Part shown: positions 39,679 through 50,248 of the stretch, one piece after another
How the letters are laid out: each line of letters opens with the position of its first letter
Numbering within the stretch: the first letter of the stretch is position 1
Source: an uncultured Aquiluna sp.
GTDB taxonomy: Bacteria; Actinomycetota; Actinomycetes; Actinomycetales; Microbacteriaceae
Reading direction: 5' to 3'
DNA length: 64,000 nt
NCBI GenBank assembly: GCA_913775595.1
Contig: CAJYLB010000001.1
Span: 930,001-994,000, forward strand
The notes under the pieces: model-generated
What the model saw: the letters and a program-made list of their open reading frames with translations, nothing else
Told to the model about the DNA's origin: nothing
Databases searched by the model: none
Program-made: the position numbers and the translations under genes

Positions 39679-40569
39679 TTAGTTCAGTGGGCCGACCTGG
39701 TCAAAGGACAGCTCAACTGGAGTCTCTCGCTCAAAGAGCGAAACCAGTACGGTGACCTTGCCCGATTCAGGCTTGATCTCCGAGATTGTGCCAGGCAGTC
39801 CGGCGAAGGAGCCATCCTTGATAAGGATGCTCTCGCCAACCTGGAAGTCGATAGTCATTGGAACGACCTTGGCTTTGGCCTTGCCACCGCTCGCTGGCGT
39901 GCCAGCAGCCTTTGCTGCAGCGACCTCTTCGGTCTCCTCAGGGGTGAACAGTGGCTTCAGCATTTCAAACGCCTCGTTTGGCCTGAGCGGAGTTGGGTGC
40001 TGGGAGTTGCCAACGAAACCCGTGACGGCTGGGGTGTGGCGAACAAGGCTCCAACTGTCCTCTGTCATGTCCATGCGAACCAGCACATAGCCCGGAACGC
40101 GAACCTTGGTTACCAGCTTGCGCTGACCGTTTTTGATCTCGATGGTCTCTTCCATCGGAACCTCAACCTGAAATACCTCGTCACCACCAGCAAGAGATGC
40201 CTTACGAACCTCGATGTTCTGCTTCACCCTGCGCTCGTAACCGGCGTAGGAGTGAACTACGTACCACTTACCTGGCTGGCTGCGAAGCTCCTCACGGAAC
40301 TTGCGGTAAGGGTCTTCCTGCTCGACCTCGGGCTCGGCCTTGACCTCTGGCTCCTCAATGTGGAAGCCGTCCATCTCGTGCTCCTGCTCGTTTTCGGCCT
40401 GAGCTAGATCCTTGGCATCGAGGTCAACATTCTCGTCAACTGCTGGCTCGCCAATTTCCATTGGCTCTCCGGCGTCGACAGCCTCTGCCGCCGCCACAGG
40501 CTCGGTAGCCTCTACGGCCTCGGCCTCGGCCTGGTCGACACCCGAGTCACTGAAATTCAAATCTGACAA
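39679..40569 (-). CDS. nusG: Transcription termination/antitermination factor NusG
   Basis: WYVVHSYAGYE, PGYVLVRM, VRHTPAVTGFVG, KOW domain, FERETPVELSFDQV. Confidence 0.96.
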   Translation of the reverse strand: MSDLNFSDSGVDQAEAEAVEATEPVAAAEAVDAGEPMEIGEPAVDENVDLDAKDLAQAENEQEHEMDGFHIEEPEVKAEPEVEQEDPYRKFREELRSQPGKWYVVHSYAGYERRVKQNIEVRKASLAGGDEVFQVEVPMEETIEIKNGQRKLVTKVRVPGYVLVRMDMTEDSWSLVRHTPAVTGFVGNSQHPTPLRPNEAFEMLKPLFTPEETEEVAAAKAAGTPASGGKAKAKVVPMTIDFQVGESILIKDGSFAGLPGTISEIKPESGKVTVLVSLFERETPVELSFDQVGPLN

Positions 40570-40583
40570 CTAACTACCTCTAA

Positions 40584-40847
40584 CTAATCTGCGAAAACAA
40601 AAGTCACTACGTTTAGGAACACCCAGTCGAGGGCCGAGATGATTAGCATCACGACAGCAACGAAGGCCAGCACAACCCCGGTGAACTTGACGAGCTCTTG
40701 CCTGGTTGGCTTGGTTACCTTGCTTAGCTCTGCAAGAACCTGCCTAACAAACAACGCAACGCGCTGGAATGGGTTGCGAGTTTTTGCCGCGTCAGCCTTG
40801 GCCTTTTCGACCAGGTCTTCCGAGGCTCTCTCGTTTTCTTCTGCCAC
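40584..40847 (-). CDS. secE: Preprotein translocase subunit SecE
   Basis: FVRQVLAELSKVTKPTRQEL plus a single TM; lies between tRNA-Trp and nusG. Confidence 0.93.
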   Translation of the reverse strand: MAEENERASEDLVEKAKADAAKTRNPFQRVALFVRQVLAELSKVTKPTRQELVKFTGVVLAFVAVVMLIISALDWVFLNVVTFVFAD

Positions 40848-40870
40848 TTGGTTACCTTCCTAGTGTTTCG

Positions 40871-40943
40871 CAGGGCGGACAGGACTCGAACCTGCAACTT
40901 GCGGTTTTGGAGACCGCTGCTCTACCAATTGAACTACCGCCCT
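40871..40943 (-). tRNA. tRNA-Trp (CCA), 3' CCA not encoded
   Basis: AGGGCGGTAGTTCAATTGGTAGAGCAGCGGTCT-CCA-AAACCGCAAGTTGCAGGTTCGAGTCCTGTCCGCCCTG cloverleaf. Confidence 0.96.
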
Positions 40944-41079
40944 AAAGTTGCCATCGCCATCAACCAAGAACAGGCCCGAGGCTTGGTTTCAAGAGCCACC
41001 TAACGAGGACACACTTCTAGATTGAATCTAGATTTATGATTTTCGCCAGATTAGTTTTTGGCAGATGTCAACTTGTCAA

Positions 41080-41108
41080 AGTCTAGGCCCCTTTCGACTT
41101 TGATGCAA
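41080..41108 (-). promoter_or_regulatory. Promoter for tRNA-Trp-secE-nusG-rplKA
   Basis: TTGCAT (41108-41103), N17, TAGACT (41085-41080). Confidence 0.55.
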
Positions 41109-41158
41109 CGGCTAATTCCCCGCCGTAATGGGGTTAAACCACGGGTATCCTGAAGAAC

Positions 41159-42358
41159 ATGTCTAGCTCTCGAATCTCCCAAAAAATGCTCGCCATTGCC
41201 GAAAGCGCAACGCTAAAAGTTGATAGCAAGGCCAAGGCTCTGAAGGCCCAGGGCCGCCCTGTTATTTCATACGCTGCTGGCGAGCCAGACTTTGAGACTC
41301 CAGAGAACATCGTCGAGGCTGCTCTTAGGGCGGTCAGAGACCCTAAGAACCACCGCTACACCCCAGCAGTTGGTCTTCCTGAGATGCGCGAGGCTATCGC
41401 GGAAAAAACCCTGCGAGACTCGGGAACCAAAGTCGAACCCTCGCAGGTTTTGGTTACAAACGGTGGCAAGCAGGCTGTCTACACCGCATTCCAGGTTGCC
41501 CTGAATGACGGTGATGAGGTTCTAGTTCCCACCCCGTATTGGACCACCTATCCGGAGGCCATCAAGCTTGCAGGCGGCAAGCAGGTGGATGTTTTTGCAG
41601 GTAGTGATCAGGACTACAAGGTCACACCCGAACAGCTCGAGGCCCACTACACGCCTAAGACCAAGGCACTACTTATGTGTTCGCCAAACAACCCAACGGG
41701 TGCTGTCTACTCAAAGGAAGAGCTCGAGGCCATCGGCAAATGGGCACTTGGCAAAGAAGGGCTCTGGGTAATTACGGACGAGATCTATCAGAACCTGGTT
41801 TACGACGGTCTCAAGGCCTACTCGATAACCGAGCTAGTCCCAGAGCTCGCCGAGCGAACCATGATGGTCAATGGTGTTGCGAAAAGCTACGCGATGACTG
41901 GTTGGAGACTGGGTTGGTTAATCGCCCCCGCCGATGCCGCAAAGGCTGCTGCCAACCTCCAGTCCCACCTAACCTCAAATGTTTCTAACGTCTCACAGCG
42001 GGCTGCGATTGAGGCAATAACCGGTGACCAGGAACCTGTTAGACAGATGCTCGAGGCTTTCGACCGGAGGCGAAAGACTGCGGTAGCGGAACTAAACAAG
42101 ATTGAGGGAATCGTCACCCCAACTCCCGAGGGTGCCTTTTACGTCTACCCCGATGTCAGCGGCCTGTTCGGCAGAGACTTCTCAGGTCGCACATTCTCAA
42201 GCTCCCTGGAGCTTGCTGACTTCGTGCTTGATGAGGCTGAGGTTGCACTTGTTCCTGGGGAGGCCTTTGGCCCCAGCGGTTACTTCAGGCTCTCTTATGC
42301 CCTGGGTGACGACCAGCTACTTGAGGGCATCCAGAGATTGCAAAAGCTCTTTAGCTAA
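41159..42358 (+). CDS. aspC: Aspartate aminotransferase (class I PLP)
   Basis: [32 protein letters not shown]; conserved position divergent from secE. Confidence 0.88.
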   Translation: MSSSRISQKMLAIAESATLKVDSKAKALKAQGRPVISYAAGEPDFETPENIVEAALRAVRDPKNHRYTPAVGLPEMREAIAEKTLRDSGTKVEPSQVLVTNGGKQAVYTAFQVALNDGDEVLVPTPYWTTYPEAIKLAGGKQVDVFAGSDQDYKVTPEQLEAHYTPKTKALLMCSPNNPTGAVYSKEELEAIGKWALGKEGLWVITDEIYQNLVYDGLKAYSITELVPELAERTMMVNGVAKSYAMTGWRLGWLIAPADAAKAAANLQSHLTSNVSNVSQRAAIEAITGDQEPVRQMLEAFDRRRKTAVAELNKIEGIVTPTPEGAFYVYPDVSGLFGRDFSGRTFSSSLELADFVLDEAEVALVPGEAFGPSGYFRLSYALGDDQLLEGIQRLQKLFS

Positions 42359-43395
42359 AAACCAATCAGGTTCGGCTCAGGTATTAGATTCATGCCCCAG
42401 CGCGCGCTAACCCGCTCCTGGATATACCGAGCAAGCTCGAGCACCTCGGATGCACTAGCTCCGCCTGTGTTGGTAACTGCCAAAGCATGCTTTTGAGAAA
42501 TTGCAGCCTTTGATCCAGGGATGCTGTAGCCCTTGGGGATACCAGCATTTTCAATTAGCCAACCCGCGGAGAGCTTGACGCTTTCACCATCGTCCATCTT
42601 CCACGTCTGCATATCATCAGGAAACTCGAGAGCCTTTATCGAGCTCACCACAGGGTTGGTGAAGAAGCTGCCGCATGATCTCGAGTTTGGATCACTCTCG
42701 TCGATAACCATGCCCTTTGATCCTCGAAGTTCCAGAACAACATCTCTTACCTGCCCAAGCGGCAGCTGTGAGCCATACTCGGCACCAACGTGATTCGTTA
42801 TCTGCCCTGAAGCCATAGGGACAGAGAGGCCGCCGAGCTTGTAGAGCTTGAACTCAACCCATCCAATTACCCCTTCTAGGCCGCGCTTCAGGGCACTGTC
42901 TCGGTAGCTGAACTCGAAGAACTCCGCTGGCTTAATAGAAACCTCATGGCTTGAGGCATCTAGAAACTCGACGCGAGTGATGACCTGCGAAACCTCTTGG
43001 CCGTAGGCACCAACGTTTTGAACTGGGGTTGCCCCTACGCTCCCTGGTATACCGCTCATGGCCTCGATGCCCGCATAACCGCGCTCGATGCACCACGCCA
43101 CAAACTCATCCCAGCTCTCGCCAGCTTGAACCCTCAGCGTTACCGTCTCGTCCGTCTCGTCGACAACCTCAATGCCTCTGTTTGCAACCTGGATGATGTT
43201 CCACTCGCTCATGTCATCAGCGAAGACCGTGTTGGAGCCGCCGGCGAGGATGTGATGTTTTTCATCTGATAGCCAAGCGGCCTTGGCCGTCTCATACAGC
43301 TCATCGGTACTCTCACAACGAACAAGAGTTTTTGGAACACCGCCAACTTGCATTGTGGTGAGATTTGAGAGTGCTACTGGTTCAACCAGACTCAA
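42355..43395 (-). CDS. murB: UDP-N-acetylenolpyruvoylglucosamine reductase
   Basis: [46 protein letters not shown]. Confidence 0.95.
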   Translation of the reverse strand: MSLVEPVALSNLTTMQVGGVPKTLVRCESTDELYETAKAAWLSDEKHHILAGGSNTVFADDMSEWNIIQVANRGIEVVDETDETVTLRVQAGESWDEFVAWCIERGYAGIEAMSGIPGSVGATPVQNVGAYGQEVSQVITRVEFLDASSHEVSIKPAEFFEFSYRDSALKRGLEGVIGWVEFKLYKLGGLSVPMASGQITNHVGAEYGSQLPLGQVRDVVLELRGSKGMVIDESDPNSRSCGSFFTNPVVSSIKALEFPDDMQTWKMDDGESVKLSAGWLIENAGIPKGYSIPGSKAAISQKHALAVTNTGGASASEVLELARYIQERVSARWGMNLIPEPNLIGF

Positions 43396-43808
43396 AACTG
43401 CACCCAGGCCTGTGCCTTGCCCAACACTGTGTTTCCCTCAAAGGTCGTTGTCAGGTCAATTCTTGCCTTTGAGTTCTCCTCATCCAGAGAAGCTACGGTG
43501 GCGACTACGTTTACGAGCGCCTCACCCTGGGGCGGGACCACAACTGGCTTAGTAAACCTCACCGAGTAGTCAACAACTTCGCCTTTACCCTCAAGCCATG
43601 CGATCACTGGCTGAATCGAAAGTCCCATGGTCAGCATCCCGTGAGCGAGGACTCCTGGGAGTCCAACCTGCTTAGCAACATCGTCTCTGTAGTGAATTGG
43701 GTTGAAGTCTCCCGATGCTCCCGCATATCGAACGAGGGAGTCGCGGGTAATTGGAAATTCGCTCTCGGCAACAACCTGACCGACTTCAAGTTTCGCGAAC
43801 TCAGCCAT
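43392..43808 (-). CDS. MaoC-family (HadB-like) hydroxyacyl dehydratase
   Basis: YAGASGDFNPIH, AHGMLTMG; start ATG 43808. Confidence 0.88.
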   Translation of the reverse strand: MAEFAKLEVGQVVAESEFPITRDSLVRYAGASGDFNPIHYRDDVAKQVGLPGVLAHGMLTMGLSIQPVIAWLEGKGEVVDYSVRFTKPVVVPPQGEALVNVVATVASLDEENSKARIDLTTTFEGNTVLGKAQAWVQF

Positions 43809-44208
43809 CTTCTCCCCTAACCACGAGGGTTGATATGGCGGTGCAAACAAGCTTGTCTTGGCTGTCGAATATCTCAGTGTTGAAAGTAACCATGTGGTTT
43901 CCACCGAGGCTCTTTACGCTCGCGACCTCTAGCTCGCTGGTGAGCTCATCGCCTGGCACAAGTTGCCTCTCATAGACAAACCTCTGCTCTCCGTGGACCA
44001 CTCTTGAGAAGTCAAGATTTGCCTCGGGGTCTGAAATCACCAGGGATAGCGAGTGCTCTTGAATTGCAATTGGGAAAGTTGGGGGCACCACAAACCCCTC
44101 GCCTGTCTCTCCAAATGTTGCAGCGGAAAACTCCCGCAGCTTCTCCAGGCCGACTACATAAGGTCTGGTCCGGGGATAACGCTTACCTTGAATTTCTGGA
44201 TTTACCAC
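43801..44208 (-). CDS. MaoC dehydratase N-terminal domain protein (HadA-like)
   Basis: EKLREFSAA, PPTF, VVHGEQRFVYER; paired with the HadB-like gene. Confidence 0.85.
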   Translation of the reverse strand: MVNPEIQGKRYPRTRPYVVGLEKLREFSAATFGETGEGFVVPPTFPIAIQEHSLSLVISDPEANLDFSRVVHGEQRFVYERQLVPGDELTSELEVASVKSLGGNHMVTFNTEIFDSQDKLVCTAISTLVVRGEDG

Positions 44209-44229
44209 GAGATAAGACTATTCGGTGTT

Positions 44230-44306
44230 TGGTAGCGGGGGCGGGGCTCGAACCCGCGACCTCACGATTATGAGCCGTGCGCTCTAACCACCTGAGCTAC
44301 CCCGCC
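44230..44306 (-). tRNA. tRNA-Met (CAT), probably elongator
   Basis: GGCGGGGTAGCTCAGGTGGTTAGAGCGCACGGCT-CAT-AATCGTGAGGTCGCGGGTTCGAGCCCCGCCCCCGCTACCA; lacks the initiator GGG/CCC anticodon stem. Confidence 0.93.
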
Positions 44307-44324
44307 GCGTGATCTGATAGATCG

Positions 44325-44396
<72 letters not shown>

Positions 44397-44422
44397 GCTT
44401 TTGTAACCGACACAGATTAGCA

Positions 44423-46267
44423 CTAGCGAACAGCGCTAGGCAAACGCCAAATCTGAAGATCCAACCCCACCGCGTCGTAACGAACCTTGGACCCAACGAC
44501 CCGCAGATTGCCGTTTCCAAAGAGGTTCTCTGCCCGCTCAGCAGAGGCAATAGCGTCCTTAGGAAACTCCACCCTCCGGTCCTTGCCGCGGCTGACACAA
44601 ACCAGGATTGATTCGGTTTTGGACTCGCGGATGTAGACGAGGGCCTCTTTGGATGCGTAGAGGAATCTCATCGAGCCATCCACTAGAGCGCGGTGCTTCT
44701 TTCGAATTTGCGAGAGCCTGGCGTAGGTTTCGATCATGTTCGGATCAGCACCCCGCTCGCCGTCCCACGGCATCGGAGTTCTCGAACTCTCTCCGTTCCA
44801 ACCGTCAAGGCCAAACTCATCCCCGGAAAAGATCATGGGTATTCCGGGGAAAGTGAACTGCATGCCCGCTGCGACCCGCTGCGCACCAGGAATGGCGAAT
44901 GTCTTGAACCGGCCGGTGTCGTGGGTGTCCAAAGCGTTGAGATTGTGCATGCGGAGATGCCAAGGGAAGATGCCTGCGAAGCGCTTGTGTAGTTGAACTA
45001 GCTCGTTAGCACCAATTCCCTTGCGGCCGACACCAACCTGGCCCTCCTCGCGCTTTTCTTTTGGATTCCAAAGCCAGCGCCAGGTGGGACGGGTGAAGTT
45101 CGAATATGTCATCGTGGACTGGTAGTTATCTCCCTCGACGTGATTCGCGGCATCTGAGGTGAACTCGCCAATCAAAAAGGTCTCCGGGGAGACCTCGTCC
45201 ATGGTGCTCCTGATGGTGTTTGCTATCTCCCGGTTGAAGTTGTCATCGCGAATCCAACCTGTCATGTTGGCAACATCTATGCGCCAGCCATCAAGGCCAT
45301 AGGGAGGCTTTAGCCACTTGGCAACTACGGAGCCCTTGCCACGAATAAAGCGCTTTCTTAGCTCTTCGGAGTTCCAATTGAACTTTGGAAGCGATGGCAC
45401 TCCCCACCACGAGTCGTATTTCTTGTTGCCATCTGAGAAGTAGTAGAACTCGCTCTCTTTTGCTCGCGGGTTCTTATAAGCGGCAACGAACCACTCGTGC
45501 TTGTCTCCGGAGTGGTTGGCCGTCAGATCGCCCATTACCTTCAGGCCCATGGAGTGTGCCTTGGCAACGAGCGACTGAAGAGCCTTGTTGCCTCCCAGCA
45601 TTGGGTCTACCGAGTCAAAGTTCGATGCGTCATAGCGATGGTTTGATCCCCCGGGAAAGAAAGGGGTCATGTACAAAATTGTGGCGCCAAGCTTTTTGAG
45701 GTGGTCGAGGTGTTCCTCAATGCCCTTGAGGTCTCCGCCAAAGAACTGCTCTGCTGTTCCAGGACCCTTGCCAATGACTGGGTCTGACCATTTCTTTGGG
45801 ATCGCCCACTCTGGTGGAGTTCGCTTTTCTGCCTCAGCACTTTTTGCGAAACTGTCAGGAAACACTTGATACAAAACCGCTCCCGATGCCCACTTGGGAA
45901 CACGGTTGTAGGTGTTTATCTTGAAGTCGTCGCGATCCGGCTGGTCCAGTTCGTGAAGCCCAACGGCATTCAGCCAGAAGCTGTCACCGTTTTTGAGCTC
46001 AATGAAAAAGCGATAGTGAATCTCCGGGTTGTACATCACTATCTGGCCCTCGAACCAGCTCCAGCCGTGGCGCTTTGCAAAGACCTTGAACTTAGGAGTT
46101 AGGAAACCCTCACCAGAATCACTCTGGCGCACCATGACCTGTTTGATGGGACCGAATGTCGAGTGAATGCGAATCCGCAGCTTCACCTTGTCGCCGAGCT
46201 TTGGTTTTTGATTCGCTACGTAAAGGGCTGATCCGTCGTGGTGGGGTTGAAGTGCGAGGGATGTCAT
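44423..46267 (-). CDS. GH13 maltodextrin glucosidase/neopullulanase-like alpha-amylase
   Basis: YQVFPDSF, FFGGDLKGI, SNHRYD, DGWRIDVAN, GEF, LDTHDT; start MTSLALQPHHDGS. Confidence 0.88.
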   Translation of the reverse strand: MTSLALQPHHDGSALYVANQKPKLGDKVKLRIRIHSTFGPIKQVMVRQSDSGEGFLTPKFKVFAKRHGWSWFEGQIVMYNPEIHYRFFIELKNGDSFWLNAVGLHELDQPDRDDFKINTYNRVPKWASGAVLYQVFPDSFAKSAEAEKRTPPEWAIPKKWSDPVIGKGPGTAEQFFGGDLKGIEEHLDHLKKLGATILYMTPFFPGGSNHRYDASNFDSVDPMLGGNKALQSLVAKAHSMGLKVMGDLTANHSGDKHEWFVAAYKNPRAKESEFYYFSDGNKKYDSWWGVPSLPKFNWNSEELRKRFIRGKGSVVAKWLKPPYGLDGWRIDVANMTGWIRDDNFNREIANTIRSTMDEVSPETFLIGEFTSDAANHVEGDNYQSTMTYSNFTRPTWRWLWNPKEKREEGQVGVGRKGIGANELVQLHKRFAGIFPWHLRMHNLNALDTHDTGRFKTFAIPGAQRVAAGMQFTFPGIPMIFSGDEFGLDGWNGESSRTPMPWDGERGADPNMIETYARLSQIRKKHRALVDGSMRFLYASKEALVYIRESKTESILVCVSRGKDRRVEFPKDAIASAERAENLFGNGNLRVVGSKVRYDAVGLDLQIWRLPSAVR

Positions 46268-46281
46268 CAAAGACAAACCTA

Positions 46282-47208
46282 CTAACCCTTGACCGCTCCG
46301 CCGGTTAGACCCGACACGATGTACTTCTGAAGGTAAAGGAACAGAGCAACGATTGGGATGGCTGCCAATACTGCACCCGCAGCAAAAATGGTCCAACGCT
46401 GACCGAACTGGTCCGACACATACATGTATAGGCCAACGGCAAGGGTCTTGCTCTCGGGCTTGGTGAGGATGATGTTGGCAAGTACGAAGTCGCTACTGGT
46501 TCCAATGAACGCAAGCAACCCGATCACCGCCAAGATTGGGGCAGCGAGGCGCAGAATAATGCCGTAGAAAATCTGAGTGTGGGTGGCGCCATCGATCTTG
46601 GCAGCCTCATCGAGCTCCTTAGGGATGGTGTTGAAGAACCCATACATCAAATAGGTGTTGGCGCCCAGGGCACCTCCCAGGTAAACCATGATGAGCGCCA
46701 GCTGAGAGCCAATGCCTAAGAATGGAAACACGTTACCGATGTTCACAAGCAGCGCATAGATGGCGACCAAGGCCAGAAGCTGCGGGAACATCTGAACCAG
46801 AATCAGCGTAAGCAGTCCAGCCCTGCGACCGGTAAACCTGAGCCTGGAGAAGGCGTAGGCCGCGAGCGCCGACAAAAATACAGACCCGATTGCCGCCGTG
46901 CCCGAGATAAACAGTGTGTTCACAAACCAATTGGCGAATGGCCGATACGGATCTTGGAAAAGGTCGACGTAGTTCTGAGTCGTGAAAGAAGAAAACAGGG
47001 TCGAGGTGAACTGGTCGGCGTTAGCAAACGAACCGGAGATCACATACACAATTGGGAAGATTGAGTAGACAACCATCACCCAACCAACAAGGTGCTTCCA
47101 ACCCTTCTTGCGAAGCCACCCCATGAAGGTCAACTTGCGCTCGTCAGTGAGCTGGGCCCTGGCCTCTTTGTAGGCCTTCAGCTCGTCCTTGGTTAGCTCA
47201 CTGTCCAT
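46282..47208 (-). CDS. malG: Maltose/maltodextrin ABC transporter permease (MalG-like)
   Basis: AAYAFSRLRF, QMFP, EAA loop IPKELDEAAKIDGA. Confidence 0.85.
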   Translation of the reverse strand: MDSELTKDELKAYKEARAQLTDERKLTFMGWLRKKGWKHLVGWVMVVYSIFPIVYVISGSFANADQFTSTLFSSFTTQNYVDLFQDPYRPFANWFVNTLFISGTAAIGSVFLSALAAYAFSRLRFTGRRAGLLTLILVQMFPQLLALVAIYALLVNIGNVFPFLGIGSQLALIMVYLGGALGANTYLMYGFFNTIPKELDEAAKIDGATHTQIFYGIILRLAAPILAVIGLLAFIGTSSDFVLANIILTKPESKTLAVGLYMYVSDQFGQRWTIFAAGAVLAAIPIVALFLYLQKYIVSGLTGGAVKG

Positions 47209-48839
47209 TAGTTCACATCCTCAAGAGTCTTTGTCCTGCGGAAAGAGAAGTAAGAAATTGTTCCGACGATGAAGAAGATCAGGATCGAGAACGCGCTCGC
47301 AAGACCAAAATCTCTTCCTTCCCCGGTGGAGAAGGCGATCTTGTAGACCATAGAAATCAGGATGTCACTATGGCCAACATTTATGGTCGCGTCAAAGTCT
47401 TTCGGACCGCCCCCGGATAAGAGATATATGAGACTGAAATTATTGAAATTAAAGGCAAACGAGGTAATCAGTAGCGGCGCAACCGAAACCAGTAGCAGCG
47501 GAAGCTTGATTAGCCTTAGCTGCTGCCACGCAGAAGCGCCGTCAATTCTTGCCGACTCCATCAGATCCGAAGGTATCGACTGGAGCGCTCCCGTGGTGAT
47601 CAGGAACATGTAGGGGAAGCCGAGCCAGAGGTTCACAAGCAAGATTGATATCTTCACAAGGAACTCGTCGGTGAGCCACGGTATCTCGGCGCCCCCGAAC
47701 AACACCACGTTGATAAAGCCGTAGTCCTTGTTATAGAGGGCTCGCCAAACAAAAGCGGAAAGAAAGCCTGGGAAGGCATAGGGCAGAATCATTGCCACCC
47801 GATACCAACGCTGGCCACGAAGCTTTGCATCATTGAAAAGCAGTGCCAGGCCCAGGCCAAGAATAAACGTGGAAATCACGGAGATGATCGCGAAGGCAAA
47901 GGTCCAGATGGTGACCCTAACCAGCGGCTCCCGAATACCGGGATCCGTTACCGCGCGCTCGAAGTTTAGAAGCCCAACCTCCACGCGCCAACCTGGGGCG
48001 AGCTCTTCGCCATCCGAGGCTTTGTAGGAACCCTCACCGGAATCCGAGAACACCTTGCCGTCTTCAACTCGGGTCATGGTGTCGGCTACCGGGTCATAGT
48101 CAAGTCGCGGCCCGAACACCACCGCCTGAGCTGCATCTGGTGTCATAAGGAAATAGGAATCGGGGTCTTCAGAGAGGTAGACCTTTGCTCTGACCACTTC
48201 CTCCTGAATTGCCGCAACGTCTCTGAAGGGAAGCTCGGTGTAACCCTCGGCAGCAGTTGCTTTGCCCAGAGAGTTGAACTCGGTCGGATTTACCTGCTGC
48301 AAAACCTCGCCGTCCGCAGCGACCTTGACCTGAGTCGCCCCGGACTCATCAGTCAGGGTGACAAGGAAGTTGAGCTCTCCGGCTTCGTCGGTCACCACCG
48401 TGAGCGGATAAACGGGCTCTCCCGCAATTCTGGTCTGGCCGTTCAGCAAAAGCGCATTTATGGCGTCATCTTTGTCGCTGTTGTGCATGGAGCCGTAGTT
48501 GGTGAAGGCGATGTAGCCCGAGTAGCCAACGACGTAGACCTGAAAAACGGCCATGAAAATAAGTCCTGGGGCCAAGTACTTGGCAGGAAGCCTGCCTCGA
48601 CGAAGATAAACCCAGTTCACAATCACCGTTGCCAAGGCAACGATGCCGGCAAAGAGGTAATCCTCATTGCCAATCAGGATCATGATCGCAAAGACCATCG
48701 CGGCCGACATAAGTCCGAGTAGGACTATCTTCACCAGGGTTCCGAATAGTGAAGGTGTGCCGCCATCATTTAGTGCGGTGTTGGCCTTTGGCCTGCCACC
48801 TGGCAATTGCCAGGTTGGGCCGCGAGTTTCTGTGCTCAA
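47208..48839 (-). CDS. malF: Maltose/maltodextrin ABC transporter permease (MalF-like, large external loop)
   Basis: IAFTNY, VNLWLGFPYM, LQSIPSDLMESARIDGA, FAFNFNNF. Confidence 0.85.
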   Translation of the reverse strand: MSTETRGPTWQLPGGRPKANTALNDGGTPSLFGTLVKIVLLGLMSAAMVFAIMILIGNEDYLFAGIVALATVIVNWVYLRRGRLPAKYLAPGLIFMAVFQVYVVGYSGYIAFTNYGSMHNSDKDDAINALLLNGQTRIAGEPVYPLTVVTDEAGELNFLVTLTDESGATQVKVAADGEVLQQVNPTEFNSLGKATAAEGYTELPFRDVAAIQEEVVRAKVYLSEDPDSYFLMTPDAAQAVVFGPRLDYDPVADTMTRVEDGKVFSDSGEGSYKASDGEELAPGWRVEVGLLNFERAVTDPGIREPLVRVTIWTFAFAIISVISTFILGLGLALLFNDAKLRGQRWYRVAMILPYAFPGFLSAFVWRALYNKDYGFINVVLFGGAEIPWLTDEFLVKISILLVNLWLGFPYMFLITTGALQSIPSDLMESARIDGASAWQQLRLIKLPLLLVSVAPLLITSFAFNFNNFSLIYLLSGGGPKDFDATINVGHSDILISMVYKIAFSTGEGRDFGLASAFSILIFFIVGTISYFSFRRTKTLEDVN

Positions 48840-48857
48840 GAGAATCCTGCTCTTTTG

Positions 48858-48893
48858 AGAGAAAAAGGGGGCGTCTAAAGCTAGACGCCCCCT
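48858..48893 (-). terminator. Intercistronic hairpin/terminator after the binding-protein gene
   Basis: AGGGGGCGTCTA-4nt-TAGACGCCCCCT 12-bp stem followed by TTTTCTC on the minus strand. Confidence 0.75.
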
Positions 48894-48913
48894 CTCTCAG
48901 ATGATGTTGCTAA

Positions 48914-50158
48914 TTAGCCAGCGATGGCGGCGTTGATCTCGTCGATCATCTTCTGCCAACCCTCGGCGGCATCGATCTTGCCAGTCATGATGGCAGCCTC
49001 GGTTGAACCCCATGAGGCCCATACGCTACCCATTTCTGGAATCGATGGCATTGGAGCGGCGTTGACACCGGCAGCACCGAAGCCTGCGGTGATCTTGTCG
49101 CCCGATGCAGCCTCAAACGCACCCTTGTGTGCTGGGATACGTCCACCGATCTCGTAGATCTCGGTCTGAGCTGCCTCGCTACCGATGTACTCACCAAGGA
49201 ACTTGTTCACATACAGTGGGTCATCGGTCTGGCTGGAGACGTAGAAGCCGCGAGCACCCATGAACTGGGAAGCGGTCTCGCCACCAACTGAAGGTAGTGA
49301 GTAGATGGAGTAGCCGTCCTCACCAAGACCCTCACCAATTGAAGGTGCGGCCCATGGACCGGTGATCCAGCAGGCGAGGTCGCCAGCCTTCATCTCGGCC
49401 TCAACGGTTCCGTAGTCCTTGAAGGAGAAGACATCTCCGTTAGCTGCTAGCCAGTCAGCGAAAGCAAAGCCGCCCTCGCCGCCCATGCCGAGCTCTGAAG
49501 TGTAGGAGCCGTCAGCGTTCTGAACGAATACTGGAGCACCGAAAGAGGTCTGGATGTAGTACATGTGGTACGGGTCACCAGAGTCCTCACCCATTGCAAC
49601 CTCAACGCCGGCTGCTACAACCTCGTCCCAGGTGGCTGGCTGCTCTGGAACCATCGAGCTGTTGCATACAAGAGCGATGTTCTCAACGCCAAATGGAAGC
49701 CCATAAAGTGCGCCATCGTAGGAGAAGGCGGAAACTGCGTTCTCGCGGAAGTCGGCAAGTGCTGCACCTAGCTCAACAGGAGCTACAACACCTGCGGCAA
49801 CTAGCTGACCGGTCCAGTCGTGAGCACCAGCAAGAATGTCTGGTCCCTCACCGGTTGGAATTGCGGTGATTGCCTCGTCGCGAATCGAGCCGAAGTCCTT
49901 GATCACGAGCTCAACAGCGATGCCGGTGTCGGCTTCGAACTGTGCAGCAACGCCCTCAAGGGACTTAGCAACCATGTCATCTGCCCATACGGTTAGGGTC
50001 TCGATGTCTGGAGTGTCCTCTGCAGGAGCCTCCGACTCGGTTGCGGTAGAGGTTGCGGTTGGCTCAGCCTCTTCTTCGGCTGCACAACCAGATAGAACTA
50101 GCGCTGAAACTGCGGCAACTGCGCCGACAGCAAACAGGCTGCGCTTAGTGGTTTTCAA
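48914..50158 (-). CDS. malE: Maltose/maltodextrin ABC transporter substrate-binding lipoprotein
   Basis: Lipobox LSGC, GPDILAGAHDW, ITGPW, PMPSIPEMGSVW; TTG 50158 with AAGGTG SD. Confidence 0.85.
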   Translation of the reverse strand: MKTTKRSLFAVGAVAAVSALVLSGCAAEEEAEPTATSTATESEAPAEDTPDIETLTVWADDMVAKSLEGVAAQFEADTGIAVELVIKDFGSIRDEAITAIPTGEGPDILAGAHDWTGQLVAAGVVAPVELGAALADFRENAVSAFSYDGALYGLPFGVENIALVCNSSMVPEQPATWDEVVAAGVEVAMGEDSGDPYHMYYIQTSFGAPVFVQNADGSYTSELGMGGEGGFAFADWLAANGDVFSFKDYGTVEAEMKAGDLACWITGPWAAPSIGEGLGEDGYSIYSLPSVGGETASQFMGARGFYVSSQTDDPLYVNKFLGEYIGSEAAQTEIYEIGGRIPAHKGAFEAASGDKITAGFGAAGVNAAPMPSIPEMGSVWASWGSTEAAIMTGKIDAAEGWQKMIDEINAAIAG

Positions 50159-50248
50159 TAGAGCACCTTTCAGTACCTGAAACGGAAATAGATAAGCCTG
50201 CAAAGGCAAGCCCCTATAGTTCACTCCTAGCGAATCGATGGTGCAAAC

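Noticed and set aside
40300..40569. Long acidic N-terminal extension of NusG
   Set aside because: Acidic Ala/Glu-rich extensions are typical of actinobacterial NusG.
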